The notes beneath the pieces are model-generated. The model was not told the origin of the DNA. It did no database searches and saw only the letters and a program-made list of their open reading frames with translations. DNA of 64,000 nt from Squalus acanthias. Lineage: Eukaryota. The stretch lies in assembly GCA_030390025.1 (NCBI GenBank), contig JASTWF010000346.1, positions 248,001 to 312,000 on the forward strand, in the 5' to 3' direction. Below are positions 24,101 through 39,100 of this stretch, piece after piece; positions within the stretch are counted from its first letter, which is position 1; the number at the start of each line of letters is the position of its first letter. A program made the translations under genes and the position numbers.

Positions 24101-27100
24101 AAAGGACAGAAACTAAGGGATGTTCAAATTAAGGCCATTTGTTTATAATTATTTAATTAAGGAGAATTACTAAATACAGTCAAATTTAAGACATTCATTA
24201 AGTTAAAGTAATTCCATCACACAGAATTCACGACCATCATTACTGGTTTTATCCTAGCGTATGCTATCATTATCCAAGAAAATGAAGAATTAGAAAGCAA
24301 GTTAGGTTAGCTGCTTTCAGTGTTGTCTTTGAATGTGGTTTATCCTCCATATACTTAATCTTCATATTCTGCTCATTGCTGTTTCACTTGTTTTTAATCT
24401 TTAAAAATAGTATTCCCTTCACTGTGTAAGTATGGTATACCCTACAGGCTGACTAATGAAAGAATCAGAGAGTAAATGTCTTCTTTTGAGCTTGTTTTAA
24501 GGTTCTTTGTAATCCAAGATTAAATGAAAAAAGGAATAACTTTATCAATACACCTTTGCGCATTGCTGGTTGGAAAAGCTCTTCATCAGACACCTGAATG
24601 AGTGGTGGTTGTATAAGTGGTTTCAGCCATTCAGTCACTGGTGATGTTGGCGGCATTTAAACATTTGACATGACCATGATCATTGTCGGCCTAAATATCC
24701 ACGGCAGCAGGCAACACCACTGCAGCTTTCGGAGTTCCTCAGTCCTGAAGGAAGTACTTGGTATGTTTCCTGCAAGAAACCCACACTGCTAGAGGAGATA
24801 AGCTCAACTGGATCCTGCAGTGAGTGTACTTGAGCCTCCTGATCACAAATTGCAGTGCAGTAGCTAACTGGTTGGCCCCATTTTTAGAGATATTGGTCAT
24901 CAAGGAGGTAGCGAAAAGTCTCTTGCTTCATCTTGGCTTTCTTCACAGTGACCTGCCGCTTCACCCTTTGAACTTGCGTCCCGCGTGATGGCACAGAGGG
25001 AGTGCACTTCTTTACCAGGTGTTCACCTATTTCAATACCATTGATGCTGGCAAATGCATGCTCCTTGACAGGGTTTTCAACTGCACAAATCCTGGTCTTG
25101 ATAGGCCTGTATCATTGGTGGAAAGGTTTAGACACCCGCTTAAGTTTTTCACATCTGATGGTATCACCATCCTAACTCCAGCCCCTTCATGTAAATGCAA
25201 GACTCCAGATCACGTAGCTCCCTTCTATAGCCATCTGGGCATGAATCTCGCTTCTTGGTCACTGTCCTCATGTACTCTTGACAGAGATGATGATGTGAGC
25301 GTTGCCTACATTCTACCACCACAAGAAGGGGAAGCTCACTTCTTCCTCTTCCCGTTGGTCTAGAACCAATAAAACAAATCCTGGAAGCACGGTCTTCCAA
25401 GGATGAGTTGTAAAAACACAAAGACATTAACTCCACCACGGTACAAAACAGAGCAAACTTCATCGACACCAGGTGGGGAGGGAGGCTAAGATTGTCCATG
25501 GATGGCACTGGGTGCATCCCAGAAGACAGCATGAATGTAGGCAAATGTAGAATGTAGGCAAAGCTCACATCGTCCTCTTCTGTCAAGAGTACATGAGGAC
25601 ATTGACCAAGAAGTGAGATTCATGCCCAGATGGCTATAGAAGGGAGCTACTTGATCTGGAGTCTTGCCTGGCTGTTGCCATCAAAGATCCAACCTTGCAG
25701 CAGGCTATACTATTGTCTCACTAGATGTTGGGACGTAAAGGTAAGCTCCTCATCATAAGGGATAAGGGGTCTAATTACAGGAAAGACCAGTGTTACTGAA
25801 CCTGAGAGTATCTACTGCCAACCTAAAATTTGTAACCAGTGTAGCTACAAATAGGAATTATTCAAATTGGAAAGGTCGTTACAATCCAAGGGAACTAGTT
25901 TTATTTTTATATCTGTATCTATCTATACATATAACAATAAAATGTGACTTGGATGAAGGCAGCAATAGCAAAACCTTCCAGATTTGTACATGAAACCAAA
26001 AGAGGAGGCAGTGTAAATAATGAGAAATGGTGCAACCCGAATCAAAAGGTTTGAGGTATTTTAGTTAAATAGGCCATTAGGTGGCAGATCCAGTTCAACA
26101 TGAATATTTTATGTCTGGCAGCAAGGAACCTAAAAAGTTTGACCCTGAAATTCCTGGGCCTGGGAGGGTGAAACAAGAACGGAGTGGGGGGTGGAATTTC
26201 ACGTGACCCAGTTCCACCTGGTCTCCCTCTTCTTCCTGCCCTGCCTCTTCTTCCTGCCCTGCCTTTTTTACATTGCAAAATTCTATTCTGACATCATTGA
26301 AGAGGTGGGATTGGTGGGAAGATATCCTTCAGCAGAAATTCTGCTAGTTCCGCTTTTCCTGTAGCAGGGGAAAATATGCCTGCATGAAGCAGGTAGGTTT
26401 ACCATACCAAAATGGAGTTGGTTTCCGATTAATTACCATTAGGAAAATTGCTGTAGCAAAATGGTTAATCTTAAAACTGTCTTTAGCCTAATTGCCCACC
26501 TGGCTCCCCTTCTTGAGGGGGTGGCAAGATGTTGCCCAAAATTCCTGCCTCTTCTTCCCCCGGGCAGATGCCCAAGGACTGTTGTGAATGGTGCAGTGCC
26601 TGTCTCCTTTATGTAAAGGACTCCTTTCCCTGGATTTGGGGTGGGGTCAATACCAGGTCATTCTGGTGGTTAGAAGTCCTGCCCCACCATATTTCTGGCA
26701 ATGGAGTGAGGCTCCAGGAATTTCAGGGCCCATGTGTTTAAATGTAAGTGTTCACCTAGGGTTTATTGTAGATTTACCTACAAATTTATCAGCCCAATGC
26801 TTGGCTGTAGGGGAAACACAGTAAGGGTTCCATTTGCAGTAGGATAGAGTACAAGTCAAAGAGGTTATATTGCTGCTATATAAGACACTGGTTAGATCTG
26901 ATTTGGAGTACTGTTTGCAGTGCTGGTCATCCAACCATTGGAGGATATTAATCCCCATAGAGGATATTGAGGCAAGCAGCAAAGATGATCCCACCAATTC
27001 AGTTGCGAGGTAAGGTTAAGGAAGTGGGAATTTTTCTTTTTGCAGAACAGCAGTTATGTTGACCTCACCGTTTGTCCTTCAAATACCTTTTCACTTGGCT

Positions 27101-30100
27101 AACAGAGATATATTGGTGAGATTTCCCAGTTTGGCATTCCTGGCTTGAGTGTCTACTGGGAAATAGCACTCCAGCCCGGCTTCATCCAGCAACATCAGTG
27201 GACAAAAAATCAGCGGCTGGGCATGTGCAATTTCCTGATAACATAAGAAATAGGAGCAGGAGTAAGCCTATGGCCCTTCGAGCCTGCTCTGCCATTCAAT
27301 AAGATCATGGCTGATCTACCTCAACTCCATGTTCCTGCCCTATCTCCATATCCCTTGATTCCCTTAGTGTCCAAAAATCTATCTCCGCCATGAATATACT
27401 TAAAGACTGAGCATCTACAGTCCTTTGGGGTAGAGAATTACAAAGATTCACAACCCTCTGAGTGAAGACATTTCTCATCTCAGTCCTAAATGACCGCCCC
27501 CTTATCCTAAAACTATGCCCCCTAGTTCTCGACACTCCAGCCAGGGGAAACAGCCTCTCGGCATCTACCTTGTCAAGCCTTCTAAAAATGTTATACGTTT
27601 TAATGAGATATCCTCTCATTTTTCTAAACTCCAGACAGTATAGGCCCATTCTACTCAATCTTTCTTCATAGGATAGCCTTCTCATCCCAGGAATCAATCT
27701 AGTGAACCTTTGTTGCACCCCCTCAAAGGCAAGTATATCCTTCCTCAGGTAAGGAGACCAAAACTGTTCACAGTACTCCAGGTGTGGTCTCAACAAAGCC
27801 CAATATAATTGTAGCAAGACATCCTTACTCTTATACTCCATCCCCCTTGCAATAAAGGCTAACATACCATTTGCCTTCCTAATTGCTTACTGTATCTGCA
27901 TGTGTGCACTGGGTATCTTCAGCGCCGAAGCAGAAAATCTGAGTACACAGCACTTTCTGCATATTTCCTGATTTTCAAAAATGGCCTGCTCTGTAGGCCC
28001 AGAGTTTTCATTTTCCATTCAGATTATCAGCTTTTGCAGTTTTTCTTTTTTTTTATTTCAGAAATAATTTAATTGAAGTATTCAAAATTGTGAAACGTAT
28101 TGACAAAATTGATCCTGGGGACACTCATTTAAAAATAGGAAGCTGGGAATAAAAAGGGAAAATTCAAAAGAACTCTTTTTGTAATAAACATGTGAGATAT
28201 TTTTCCAGGGATGGCAAATGAAGTTTTTCTGGAGAAAGAAAAGACAAAAAAAAAGGACAGGCTTGTTGGGTCTAATTAATTTTTTCCTGCTCCTTTTGAA
28301 ACGTTTTCTGTTCTTTTCTTACTGAATCCACTCTCTTATCTATACTCCTTTTTTGAAAGTTATTTTTCCTTTTAAATTTTCCTGAATAGGGCCTTCAAGT
28401 GCCCTCTGCTGCCAGGTATATTTACCATTAATTGGTCAGTCATACATACTTTTTCTCACCAATCTTTGCCTACAATCGTTTCTCCTCTTGCCGCCCTTCC
28501 TGAAGGCATTGATTCCCAGCTGGGCTACAATTCCATGGGTACCTGGTGCCCTCTGGTACCTCATCCAAGTGGTCATAACTTAGTCTACAACTGATATCTC
28601 ATTTACATTCATTAATCACCTCTGATTTTTATACAAGAACATATTTTGAGAAGAAATTTTGTTCATATCCTATTGGAGTCACGTCACAGAAATATTCTGA
28701 TCATATTATCACTTAATAACAGTAAATTAATATTTCCCATGGGTTAAAGGAAGCATTGTTAATAATAAATGTTATTTCTAAATATGTTTGTTGATCTTTG
28801 TAGGTTTGGGACGTGAGCACTGGATCCAGATAGAGGGATACAGTAAAAATGGAATTCAGCTTGTGTGTGAATCTAATGGATGGTACCCTGAGCCAGCGAT
28901 ACTGTGGACTGGTGGAGATGGACAGAACTTAACAGCACAGTCTGAAATAAGTTACCACCAGGACTCTAAAGGTCTTGTAACTGTCCAGAGCAACGTGGCT
29001 GTAACCAGAGATTCAACAAACAGGTTCAAGTGTCTCATACAGAACAAACTGTTGAAAAAAGAACAAGAAGCAACTATTCAGATATCAGGTCTGTAAATTA
29101 TAAAATGAAGTTAATTAAAGGGAATAGTGAAAGATTTGCAATTTCAATTCTGCCATCCATCAAACCGGGTCTGATGGTAAACTAACTGCGCTCCAAGATA
29201 TTCTCATGTTATAGTTATTGTGGGAACAGTCTTTGGTATTAATTGCACTTGATGATTAATTTACTCCAGTATATTTGTGTAAACGAGTTGGTCCTGAAAT
29301 TCCTGGATATTGGTCGACTGCCGAAAATGTGGCACGGTGGGACTTACTGACGCAGACTATTCCAAATCACAGGACTGGGATCATTTACATAAAGGGGGTG
29401 GGCAATTGTGCCATTTGCAGTGCTTCCTGGGTCTATCCCACCAGGGCCAGAAATAGCCAAGTAGGGTGGACTGTTACGGCCAAAGATAGAAATATTTTTA
29501 AAGAACTTTGCCCCAATGGAAGTGATGTTGTTTATTTTCTTGTGAGTTCTTCCCAAGTACCTCTGGCTTCTGGAGATTATAATCTTAACCTACTGTTACA
29601 TGTTGGTGCTTAAAGCAGGCTTTGATTATTTGTTCCAGCAACAGATTAAATATTGATCATCTTTCTTTATTTTTCCCCAACGGGGCTGTTTAAAAACACT
29701 GCACTTTTTACCTTTTTAATTTATATTTTTCATTTTATGTATTTTATTTGCAAAATTCTCCTCCTCATTGTCCACTTGTGTTGCATTTGTTTCTGTCGGT
29801 ATGTATCTGAAATTTTTCTTCATTTCGTTCTTGCTCTGTAAAGATGCTGTATTCTTCATTACGCTGTAGGGTTAAGTAGTACAGGAGAGATTTTCTGCTC
29901 CTGGTCAGAAGCACGTGCTGAGCATGGGTGGGAGTGGAAAATCAGGTGCAAAGGCCAAGCGCTTGAAATGTACTGTGAGCAGCAACCTGATGCTGGGGGA
30001 GTGGGAGGCTCACGTCACTCGAGTGCACAAGCCGCAGTGGAGCTTTAAAAATGAAGGCGGTGCTTCCCTGTCCACCACCTTAAACATTCATTCCCTCCAC

Positions 30101-33100
30101 CACCGGCGCACCGTGGCTGCAGTGTGTACCATCTACAAGATGCACTGCAGCAACTCGCCAAGACTTCTTCGACAGCACCTCCCAAACCCGCGACCTCTAC
30201 CACCAAGGGCAGCAGGCGCATGAGAACACCATCACCTCTAAATTCCCCTCCAAGTCACACACCATCCTGACTTGGAAATATAACGCCGTTACTTCATCGT
30301 CGCTGGGTCAAAATCCTAACAGCACTGTGGGAGTGTCTTCACCACACGGACTGCAATGGTTCAAGACGGAGGCTCACCACCACCTTCTCAAGGGCAATTA
30401 GGGATGGGCAATAAATGCTGGCCTTGCCAGCGACGCCACATCCCAGGAACGAATATATTAAAAAAAAAATCACTGCAGTTCTTTGTAGCTGTTTGATAAA
30501 ACTGAGTGGCTTGCTCGGCCACTTTAGAGGGCAGTTAAGAGTCAACCATGTTGGTGTAGGACTGGAGTCACATATAGGCCAGATCAGGATGGCAGGTTTC
30601 CTTCCCTAAAGGACATTAGTGAACTAATTGGGTTTTTATGACAATCTGACTGCTTCATGGTCACTTTTTTATTGTTTTAAAAAAAAATGAAACGAAATTT
30701 TACCATGAAATGAACTGAATTCAAATTCTCAGTGGGATTTGAACACATTTCACAACATTGCAATTTAGTCAATTAATTCTCTTTTTTTGTATGTTTTAAT
30801 ACTTTCATTTAAAGTTACTGTTTGAAGGCCTCAGCTGTCAAAATCCTAGTGGGCGGTGGAATTCTCTACCCCAGAGGACTGCGGAGGCTCAGTCGTTGAG
30901 TATATTCAAGACAGAGATCGATAGATTTTTGGATATTAAGGGAACCAAGGGATATGGGGATAGTGCAGGAAAGTGGAGTTGAGGTAGAAGATCAGCCATG
31001 ATCTTGAAAGGCGGAGTAGGCTCGAGGGGCAGAATGGCCGACTCCTGCTCCTATTTCTTGTGTTCTTGTGAAGTAGAGTTTAACTCTGGGCAGGTTTAAA
31101 ACAGTTGGAAACTCACCTGCTGCTGCAGAAATCAGGCCAGGGCTATTTTAACTCCCGGACCTCGTTAATATGCCACCAGTCCACCTCCTGCCTGTGGAAA
31201 ATTGGACAACCTATGGCTGCCCAACGGCATGCAGGTAGGTGTGGGGAAAGGGTGGAGGTCAGGGAGTCTGGGGTAGGGGGGCCTAAACTTTCCTTGTGGG
31301 ACCTGGAGGAGCACGCCTGCTCCTCCCAGCCCCACAAAGATAAGTGAATAACTTACCTTTCAAGGCCTCTTCACATCCCTGTCCTCTTCTGACTTGGCTC
31401 AGCCTGGCTTCCCAGAGTTAAAATTACAGTCTAGGTCCAATAGCGCAATTTTTAAAGAAGGACCCCGCCAGCTTTGGGCGGGTGGATTCGTTTCGCATTA
31501 AGAAGCCGGTGCAAAAATCGTGGTTGGCGGGATCCGAGGGGCTCGAGAACAGGTAAGTAACCTGGGAGATTTTAACTGCCCACTCACCCGGCGGAAACCG
31601 TAGTCTTTAACCCGGGGTCACTAAACTAGGAGGGGGGGTGGGCTCAGAGGAGGAGACCAGGAAGCTCCAGAGCGATTTGGACAGACTGGGTGATTGGGCA
31701 GATAAATGGCAGATGCACTATAATGTGGACAAGTGCGAAGTTATCCACCTTGGGTGCAGGAACGGGAGGGCAAATTATTATTTAAATGGCAATAAATTGG
31801 GAGAGGGGGAAGTACAGAGAGACCTGGGTGTTCTTGTACACCAGTCACTGAAGGCGAGCATGCAGGTGCAACAGGCGGTCAAGAAGGCAAACGGTATGCT
31901 GGCCTTCATAGCAAAAGGGTTGGAATACAGGAACAGGGATACCTTGCTGCAGCTGTACAGGGCACTGGTGAGACCACACCTCGAGTACTGTGTACAGTTT
32001 TGGTCGCCTCATCTGAGGAAAGATGTTCTTGCCATGGAGGGGGTGCAGCGGCGATTCACCAGGCTGATACCAGGAATGGCGGGATTGACCTATGAGGAGA
32101 GACTATGTAGTTTAGGGATGTACACACTGGAGTTTAGAAGATTGAGAGGGGACCTCATAGAAGTGTATAAAATTCTGACAGGTCTAGACAGACTAGATGC
32201 AGAAGGAATGTTTCCCTTGGCGGGTGAGAACAGAACTAGAGGACATAATTTAAGGATAAGGGCTAAACCATTTAGGACAGAAATGAGGGGGAATTTCTTC
32301 ACTCAGAGGGTGGTGAACCTGTGGAACTCATTGCCACAGAGGGCAGTGTACGCCAGCTCATTAAATATATTTAAGAGGGAATTAGATATATTTCTACAGG
32401 CAAAAGGGGTTAAGGGTTACGGAGAGAAGGCGGGGACGGGATACTGAATTGGAGGATCAGCCATGATCTCATTAAATGGCGGAGCAGGCTCGAAGGGCCG
32501 GATGGCCTACTCCTGCTCCTATCTTCTATGTATCTATGTATCTATGTCATAAACTTTTAACTATGTTTTGCTAATATTGGGCATTCGAAAAGAATGATTT
32601 CTGTGAGATATGTTACAGGTAATATTATTATCTAACTCACTGACATTTACTTTGCAGACGATTTCTTCCCGGCTGTCTCAGGCTGGCTGGTGTTTCTATC
32701 TGTGTTCCTCTGTCTTCTAATAGTAGCTTTTGCTACTGGGATCTTTCGGACTGTGAAACAACATAGATACATCAAAGGTACGGTCTCAGTCTAACAGTGA
32801 CAATGGAGATTATAGATTCAGGATTGAACAGAAATGTGGAAAGAGAACCAGGTTTTTTTATTCTCATGTTAAATTTGGAAGAGAAAATAACATAGAAGGA
32901 AAAAGGTTTGCAGGGCTACGGGGAAAGGGCGGGGGCAGTGGGACTAGCTGAGGTGCTCCTGCAGAGAGCCGGCACGGACTCGATGGGCTGAAAGGCCTCC
33001 TTCTGTGCTGTAACCATTCTATGATTCTAAGTGAAATATAAGCAAATACATTTCCACTTGTCGGCTGACTGGAAGACTCTTCAATATTTATTTTCAATAA

Positions 33101-36100
33101 ATCTTTCATACAGTTAGGTTTGTGCAGTTAAGCTGCCCATTGAATAATTGTGATTATGTTACTGTTACAGGAAATGTGCCTTTTAACATTTCCTTCAGCA
33201 AGCTGTGAGAAAGGATAATTCAGAATCAAACTCAAATGTAGAAAACAAAACCAGAAAAAAGCTGGAAATACTAAGTAGGTGAGGCAGCGTCTATGCAGAA
33301 AACAGAAGTCCCGTCAACATTTCAGGTCTCGACCATTCCTCAGGATCTATGAAATAAATTCTTTAGATATCTACACTCTGCCTTTTTTAGCCCCCTTACC
33401 TCTGCTAACTCTCATCTTGATCCAGACTTTTCTGTGATTCCCAGTCATGATTACTTTTTAATTCCTGCTAACTTATTTTTTTCCCCTTCAGTATTACAGG
33501 TTGAGCGTCCAAAATCCGGAGTTCTGGAATCCGGACGATTGGTGGCAGGGTCGTCTGGAATCCGGACAACCTGTCAAACCGCAGCCTGGGCCCAAGCATT
33601 TCCGGACTCGGAACGTGTTTCTGCTGTCCGAAGTCCGGAAACGCCCGAGCCCAGGTTGCGATATTTCCGGACTTCGGACATCAGAAACACGTTCCGAAGT
33701 CCGGAAAAACACGAAAACCGGCTCGGCCTCGGTCCCGAGGTTGCCGGATTCAGGACACTCAACCTGTATTACCCTCCAATGAAGGGCACACACCCTCTAT
33801 TTCCTTTCTGATGTATGACACGATGGGTCGAATGGCCTCCTTCTGAGCTGTAAAGTTCTATGATTCTATCTTTACATCCCACAGGGGTTCTCTGGCTGGC
33901 CATTAGGCAACACACAGTAGCTACCTACTGAAGTCAACCCACCCAACTTTCCTGCCCAGGACAGTTCGTGTTTCCTTGTATCTTTAAAAATTCAGCCACT
34001 ATAGTTTTGGTCTCGATCGTGCTATTTTAATTATTTTCCGCGTGGGGATATCTTTGTTTGTATTTTTCTTCACTATCTTCAAAATATTTTGTTCAATTTG
34101 TACTTCCACCTCCCACTTAATCCTCCCTAGGACTAAACCAATTACACAATATAGCACCACGTGAACTGTAGCACGGTCTATCACTTAAACACCTAAATAT
34201 GATAGAAGTGGATGTATGGTGTACAGAAAAAAGAAAGTGCATGATTTTAAAAAAAATGGAAATTAATCCTATTTATTCATGTTTGTAAGTGAAAGCATAT
34301 CTAATTACATAAGTTATTGTTTGATAGTAACTGCAATTTATGTTTGTTGAATTTTTCCAGAACTAGAACTTGACCAGTCTATCAAACAATTCGGTAAGGG
34401 TTTAACATTGAAGTTTCTGCAATACGGCGAAGAATGTTGGGCTTGGGTATTAAGATGTAGAGATGGCACAGCTATACTGCTAAACAATGGCTATTAAACT
34501 GACTCTTTAAATATTATTTTGTCCATAATTCACCATATGAGCAGTACCTTTGCATAATCTTCCATTTTTAAAAATTCATTTATGGGATGTGGGTGGCGCT
34601 GGCAAGGCCAGCATTTATTGCCCATCCCTAGTTGCCCTGGGTGGTGAGCCGCCTTTTGAACCGCTGCAGTCCGTGTGGTGAAGGTACTCCCACAGTGCTG
34701 TTAGGTAGGGAGTTCCAGGATTTTGACCCAGCGACGATGAAGGATCAGCGAAATATTTCCAAGTCAGGATGGTGTGTGACTTGGAGGGAAACTTGGAGGT
34801 GATGGTGTTCCCATTCACCTGCTGCCCTTGTCCTTCTATGTGGAAGAGGTCGCGGGTTTGGGAGGTGCTGCCGAAGGAGCCTTGACGAGTTGCTGCAGTG
34901 CATCTTGTAGATGGTACACACTGCTGCCACGGTATGCCGGTGATGGAGGGAGTGAATGTTTAAGGTGGTGGATGGGGTGCCAATCAAGCGGGCTGCTTTG
35001 TCCTGCATGGTGTCGAGCTTCTTGACTGTTGTTGGAGCTGCACTCATCCAGGCAAGTGGAGAGTATTCCATCACACTCCTTACTCGTGCCTTGTAGATGG
35101 TGGAAATGCTTTGGGGAGTCAGGAGGTGAGACACTCGCTGCAGAATATCCAGCCTCTGACCTGCTCTTGTTGCCACAGTATTTATATTTGATATAAATAT
35201 ATAACTACAAAAAACAGGTTACAAGTAAATTTTTAAAATCGACAAATAACTTCTAGTTACCTAAAATATTTCAACCTATACCTCTCACATATTTGAACAG
35301 TAAAACATTAACACACACTGATACAACAATGAACCTTGTTTCAAAATTGAAAAGAACACCCTGCTGTACCAGTGTCACAGTTCCATTTCTCACACCACTA
35401 ATCCTTTTGACCATTCTGATTTACATTGACAGTATAACTTGTCCAGAACCATGAGCGCATAACTACTGTACAATCAAATCCACTAGAAACTAGATTGTTT
35501 GGCACAAGCTCATTTCATGTAGAACGACAATAGCCAGCAAGGAGAAGAGACTTTCATTGCATCAAGCCTAGAACCGTACCCACGACCCAAAGGTAAAAGG
35601 ATAGGGATCGTCCACTGTGCCACTCAAGTTACCAACTCAACAAATCTTTTGATGAGCCTTTAGCCAGTATGCCTTTTGATTAATATTACCTTCAAGGGGC
35701 CACAGGGAGGGGGGAACTAAAGACAATCATTATCACTAAGGAAAAAGTACTTGGTAAAATAATGGGACTGAAAGACAGAGAGTCGGGATAAATGGGTCAT
35801 TTTCCGGTTGGCAAACGGTAACTAGTGGGGTGCCACAGGGATCGGTGCTGGGGCCTCAACTATTTACAATCTACATTAATGACTTAGCGGGAACATTGGC
35901 TGTAGTGTCCACCACTAAGAGTGGCTTGGTAGTTCCAGCACTGACCGAGCTGGATGAATCCTGAAGGGCATAGCTGCCAGACTAGGCCTGTGTCAGCTGG
36001 TGAGGGAACCAATATGAGGAAATAATCGATCTGACGAACCAATACGAGGAAATAATCGACTTGACTTTGTTCTCACCAACCACCGATTGTGACACATCTG

Positions 36101-39100
36101 TTCATGATAGCATTAGTAGACAGACCACCTCACGGTCCTTATGAAGACAAACTCTCATCTACTCACCCTCCATCATATATTGTGGCACTACCATCATGCT
36201 AAGTGGGACAGGCTAAGAGAGGTCTAGCAGGCCAAAACTGGCCATCTATAAGGTGCTATGGGCCGTCAGTAGCAGCATAACTGTTGACCACCACAATCTG
36301 TAACCTTATGGCGAGGTACATCCCTCACTCCTTCATCACCATCAAGCCGAGCGACTAACACTGGTGCAATAGGGATTGTAGAAAGACATACCAGGAGCAG
36401 CAGCAGGCACACCTTATAATGGGGCACCAACCTGGTGAAGCTACAACACAAGGCTACCTGCATGCTTAACACCAAAAGCAGCAGGTTATAGACAGAAATA
36501 AATTTTCCCATAACCAACTGATCAGAGCAAAGCTCTGTAGCCCAAAACATCCAGTCAAGAATGGTGATGATGGACAATCAGGCAACGAATGGAGGAAGAA
36601 AATACCCATCCTTAACCATGGTGGAGGCAGCAAGTGACTGAATGATACAAGGCTGAATTGTATGCAAGTGTTTCCATCCAGAAGTACCAAGTGGATCATC
36701 CTTCTCGGCATTTCCCCAAGGTCATCACCATCATAGATGCCAGTGCCCAGTCATTTTGGTTTACTCCATGTGACTTTTAAGCTACTCAGTATTGCCCATG
36801 CCCCTGCTGCCCCCCTCCCCTCCCTATTGCATGAGATCCCAACCATTTCTACTTTGGCCCCCTGGTCAAGAGAATCGATCCAATATATTAAAAAAATTAC
36901 CATTTCTTAAGGGGTCCAGCCACCCCTCTTGTCTGTACCCAAACCCCTCGGTGGGGTCGATGTCAGCTCAGCTGGAGGCAGCTATGCAAGATCTCACTCG
37001 GCATACCAGCCTCCAGCACAACCGGGTCCCTGCTGTTTTTCCGCTGGAACCCCTGAGGAAATTTGGGGGTTGTGTAATTAAATGTTGAGAATAACTGAAA
37101 CAGGCATCTCAATGCAGCCAATCGTCAGGACAATAGCTAAAAGATGCCAGCCATTATCACTGTGGGTAAGGAATAGACTTCAGGATGTACCAAAGCACTT
37201 TACAAACAAGGTATTTCTGAAGTGTAGCCACTGTTCTAATGTAGGAAACATGGCAGCCAATTTCCGCACAGCAAGGTCCCACAAACAGCAGAGTTAAATG
37301 AGCACTGAGCCAAGGCTAACACCTACATGCTAAAATTTCAATGCTCAAACTATTTGAAATGTGGGGAATGTATCAATATTTTAATGTTTGTGACAATCAG
37401 ATTAATAAAGTGTATTTACAGTATTTTTTTTATTTTTTAGACCAGTGGAAGCCTCTTGTTGAATCAGGTATGATGCTCTTTTACGTAAACTGTTTTATAT
37501 TAATGCACCTGGTAAGTTGTAGCATCAGTTGTATTCACTGATGCATCTGCTGCACGAACAACTCATTTAATCTGATAAGAAATACAGGGTCAGAATTTGC
37601 TGTCGCAGGGCATAGTTAGACTTGCGCCTGCACCCTTCAAATATTTTTTGCTCACAAAGTTGCTGAACGTGCCAGCTGATAACAGCGGAGCGAGGAAAAC
37701 AGGGCATCTGGGACCTGAGTGAACAGTGGGACAAACAGTCAGTCTTCTTTACTAATGTGATTTAAGGATTGGGGAAACAAGAAATACTGACAAGGAGGGT
37801 AAATTAAATGGGGTGAGCTCAATGCCAAATCATGTACAGAAAGAGAAATAAAGAAGGAAAAATTGGATGGAGAGAGAGAAAAGAGAGACAGAAAGGAAAA
37901 GAAAAAACAAAATTTAATAGTTGACATTTTTTAAATGTCCTCGCAAAATTCAAAACCTGAAAGAATGAGACTCCACACTTGTAATAGTTAATTTTCGGTG
38001 CCAGAAAGGTTGATCGTCAATCATCAACAATTATCACGTTAAAAGGGTACTTGCACTGATAATGACAAGACTTAACTTTCTGTGGTGAGTTTAATGGGCA
38101 AATACAGAAAGTTCCTTTCAAAAAAAAACAGGGAGGCTAAGCGCGAGATGCCGTTTTGCGCAGCTATCAGCGAGCGACACAAGTCGGACAGCAACTTTTG
38201 GATATTCACATTTAACAGCGCAGCTGCTGCTCACCTGAAGTGGCTGTACCGTTTACCCATAAATAATGGGGAGCGCCATTAGCCTCACCGTTATTTTGAC
38301 AGCAAATTCTGGCCCATTGCTACTGTGCTTTGTATCATCTGACTACAAAGCTTTAATGGATTTTCACACAGCCGTCAAGGTTGTACTAATGATTTTGCTT
38401 AAACTGGTATTTCACCCCATGTTCAGACTATTTTCATTGGTCCTTCCCTAAGTCTGGGAAATCGGCTACATTTTTTCAGTGCCTGTTCCCAGTGACAGGA
38501 TTCAGATTAGAAATTGATGGCGCCCATCTATTATCTCGTAAAATCACGAAATGGGTTGCAATATTCCATTTGAAAATGCATTTAAAAAGTCCTATGTCAC
38601 ACTATCTCAATGGGAAAAATGCATAATAATGGAGTCAATAACAATTATGCCTGTGGAGGAAAGGTCTAGTTCAGCCCTGCTCCTCTCCCACCCCCACCCC
38701 CCCCCCCCCCCGCCCCCGCCCCGCTAAACTGAGAAGAGGGCAGGTGTAACTCGCCACATTCTCCCTCCCCCCGCCCCGGCCATCCTCCTTGACCTGAATG
38801 CTACACTTGGTCTCGACTCCCCATGTGCAATGCCACAGGGGATTGACTAGTATTAGATAATAAATATAGAGGATTACCTGTTCAAATCTTTGAAGGTGGT
38901 AAGACAAGTTGATAATGCTGTTAAAAAAGCATATGGGATCCTTAGCTTTATAAACAGAGACATTGAGTACAAAAGCAAGGAAGTTATGCTAAATCTTCAC
39001 TGGTTTGGCCTCAGCTGGAGTGTTGTGTTCATTTCTGGGCACCACACTTTAGAAAGGATGTCAAAGCCTGGGAGAGGGTGCAGAGGAAATTTACCAGAGA

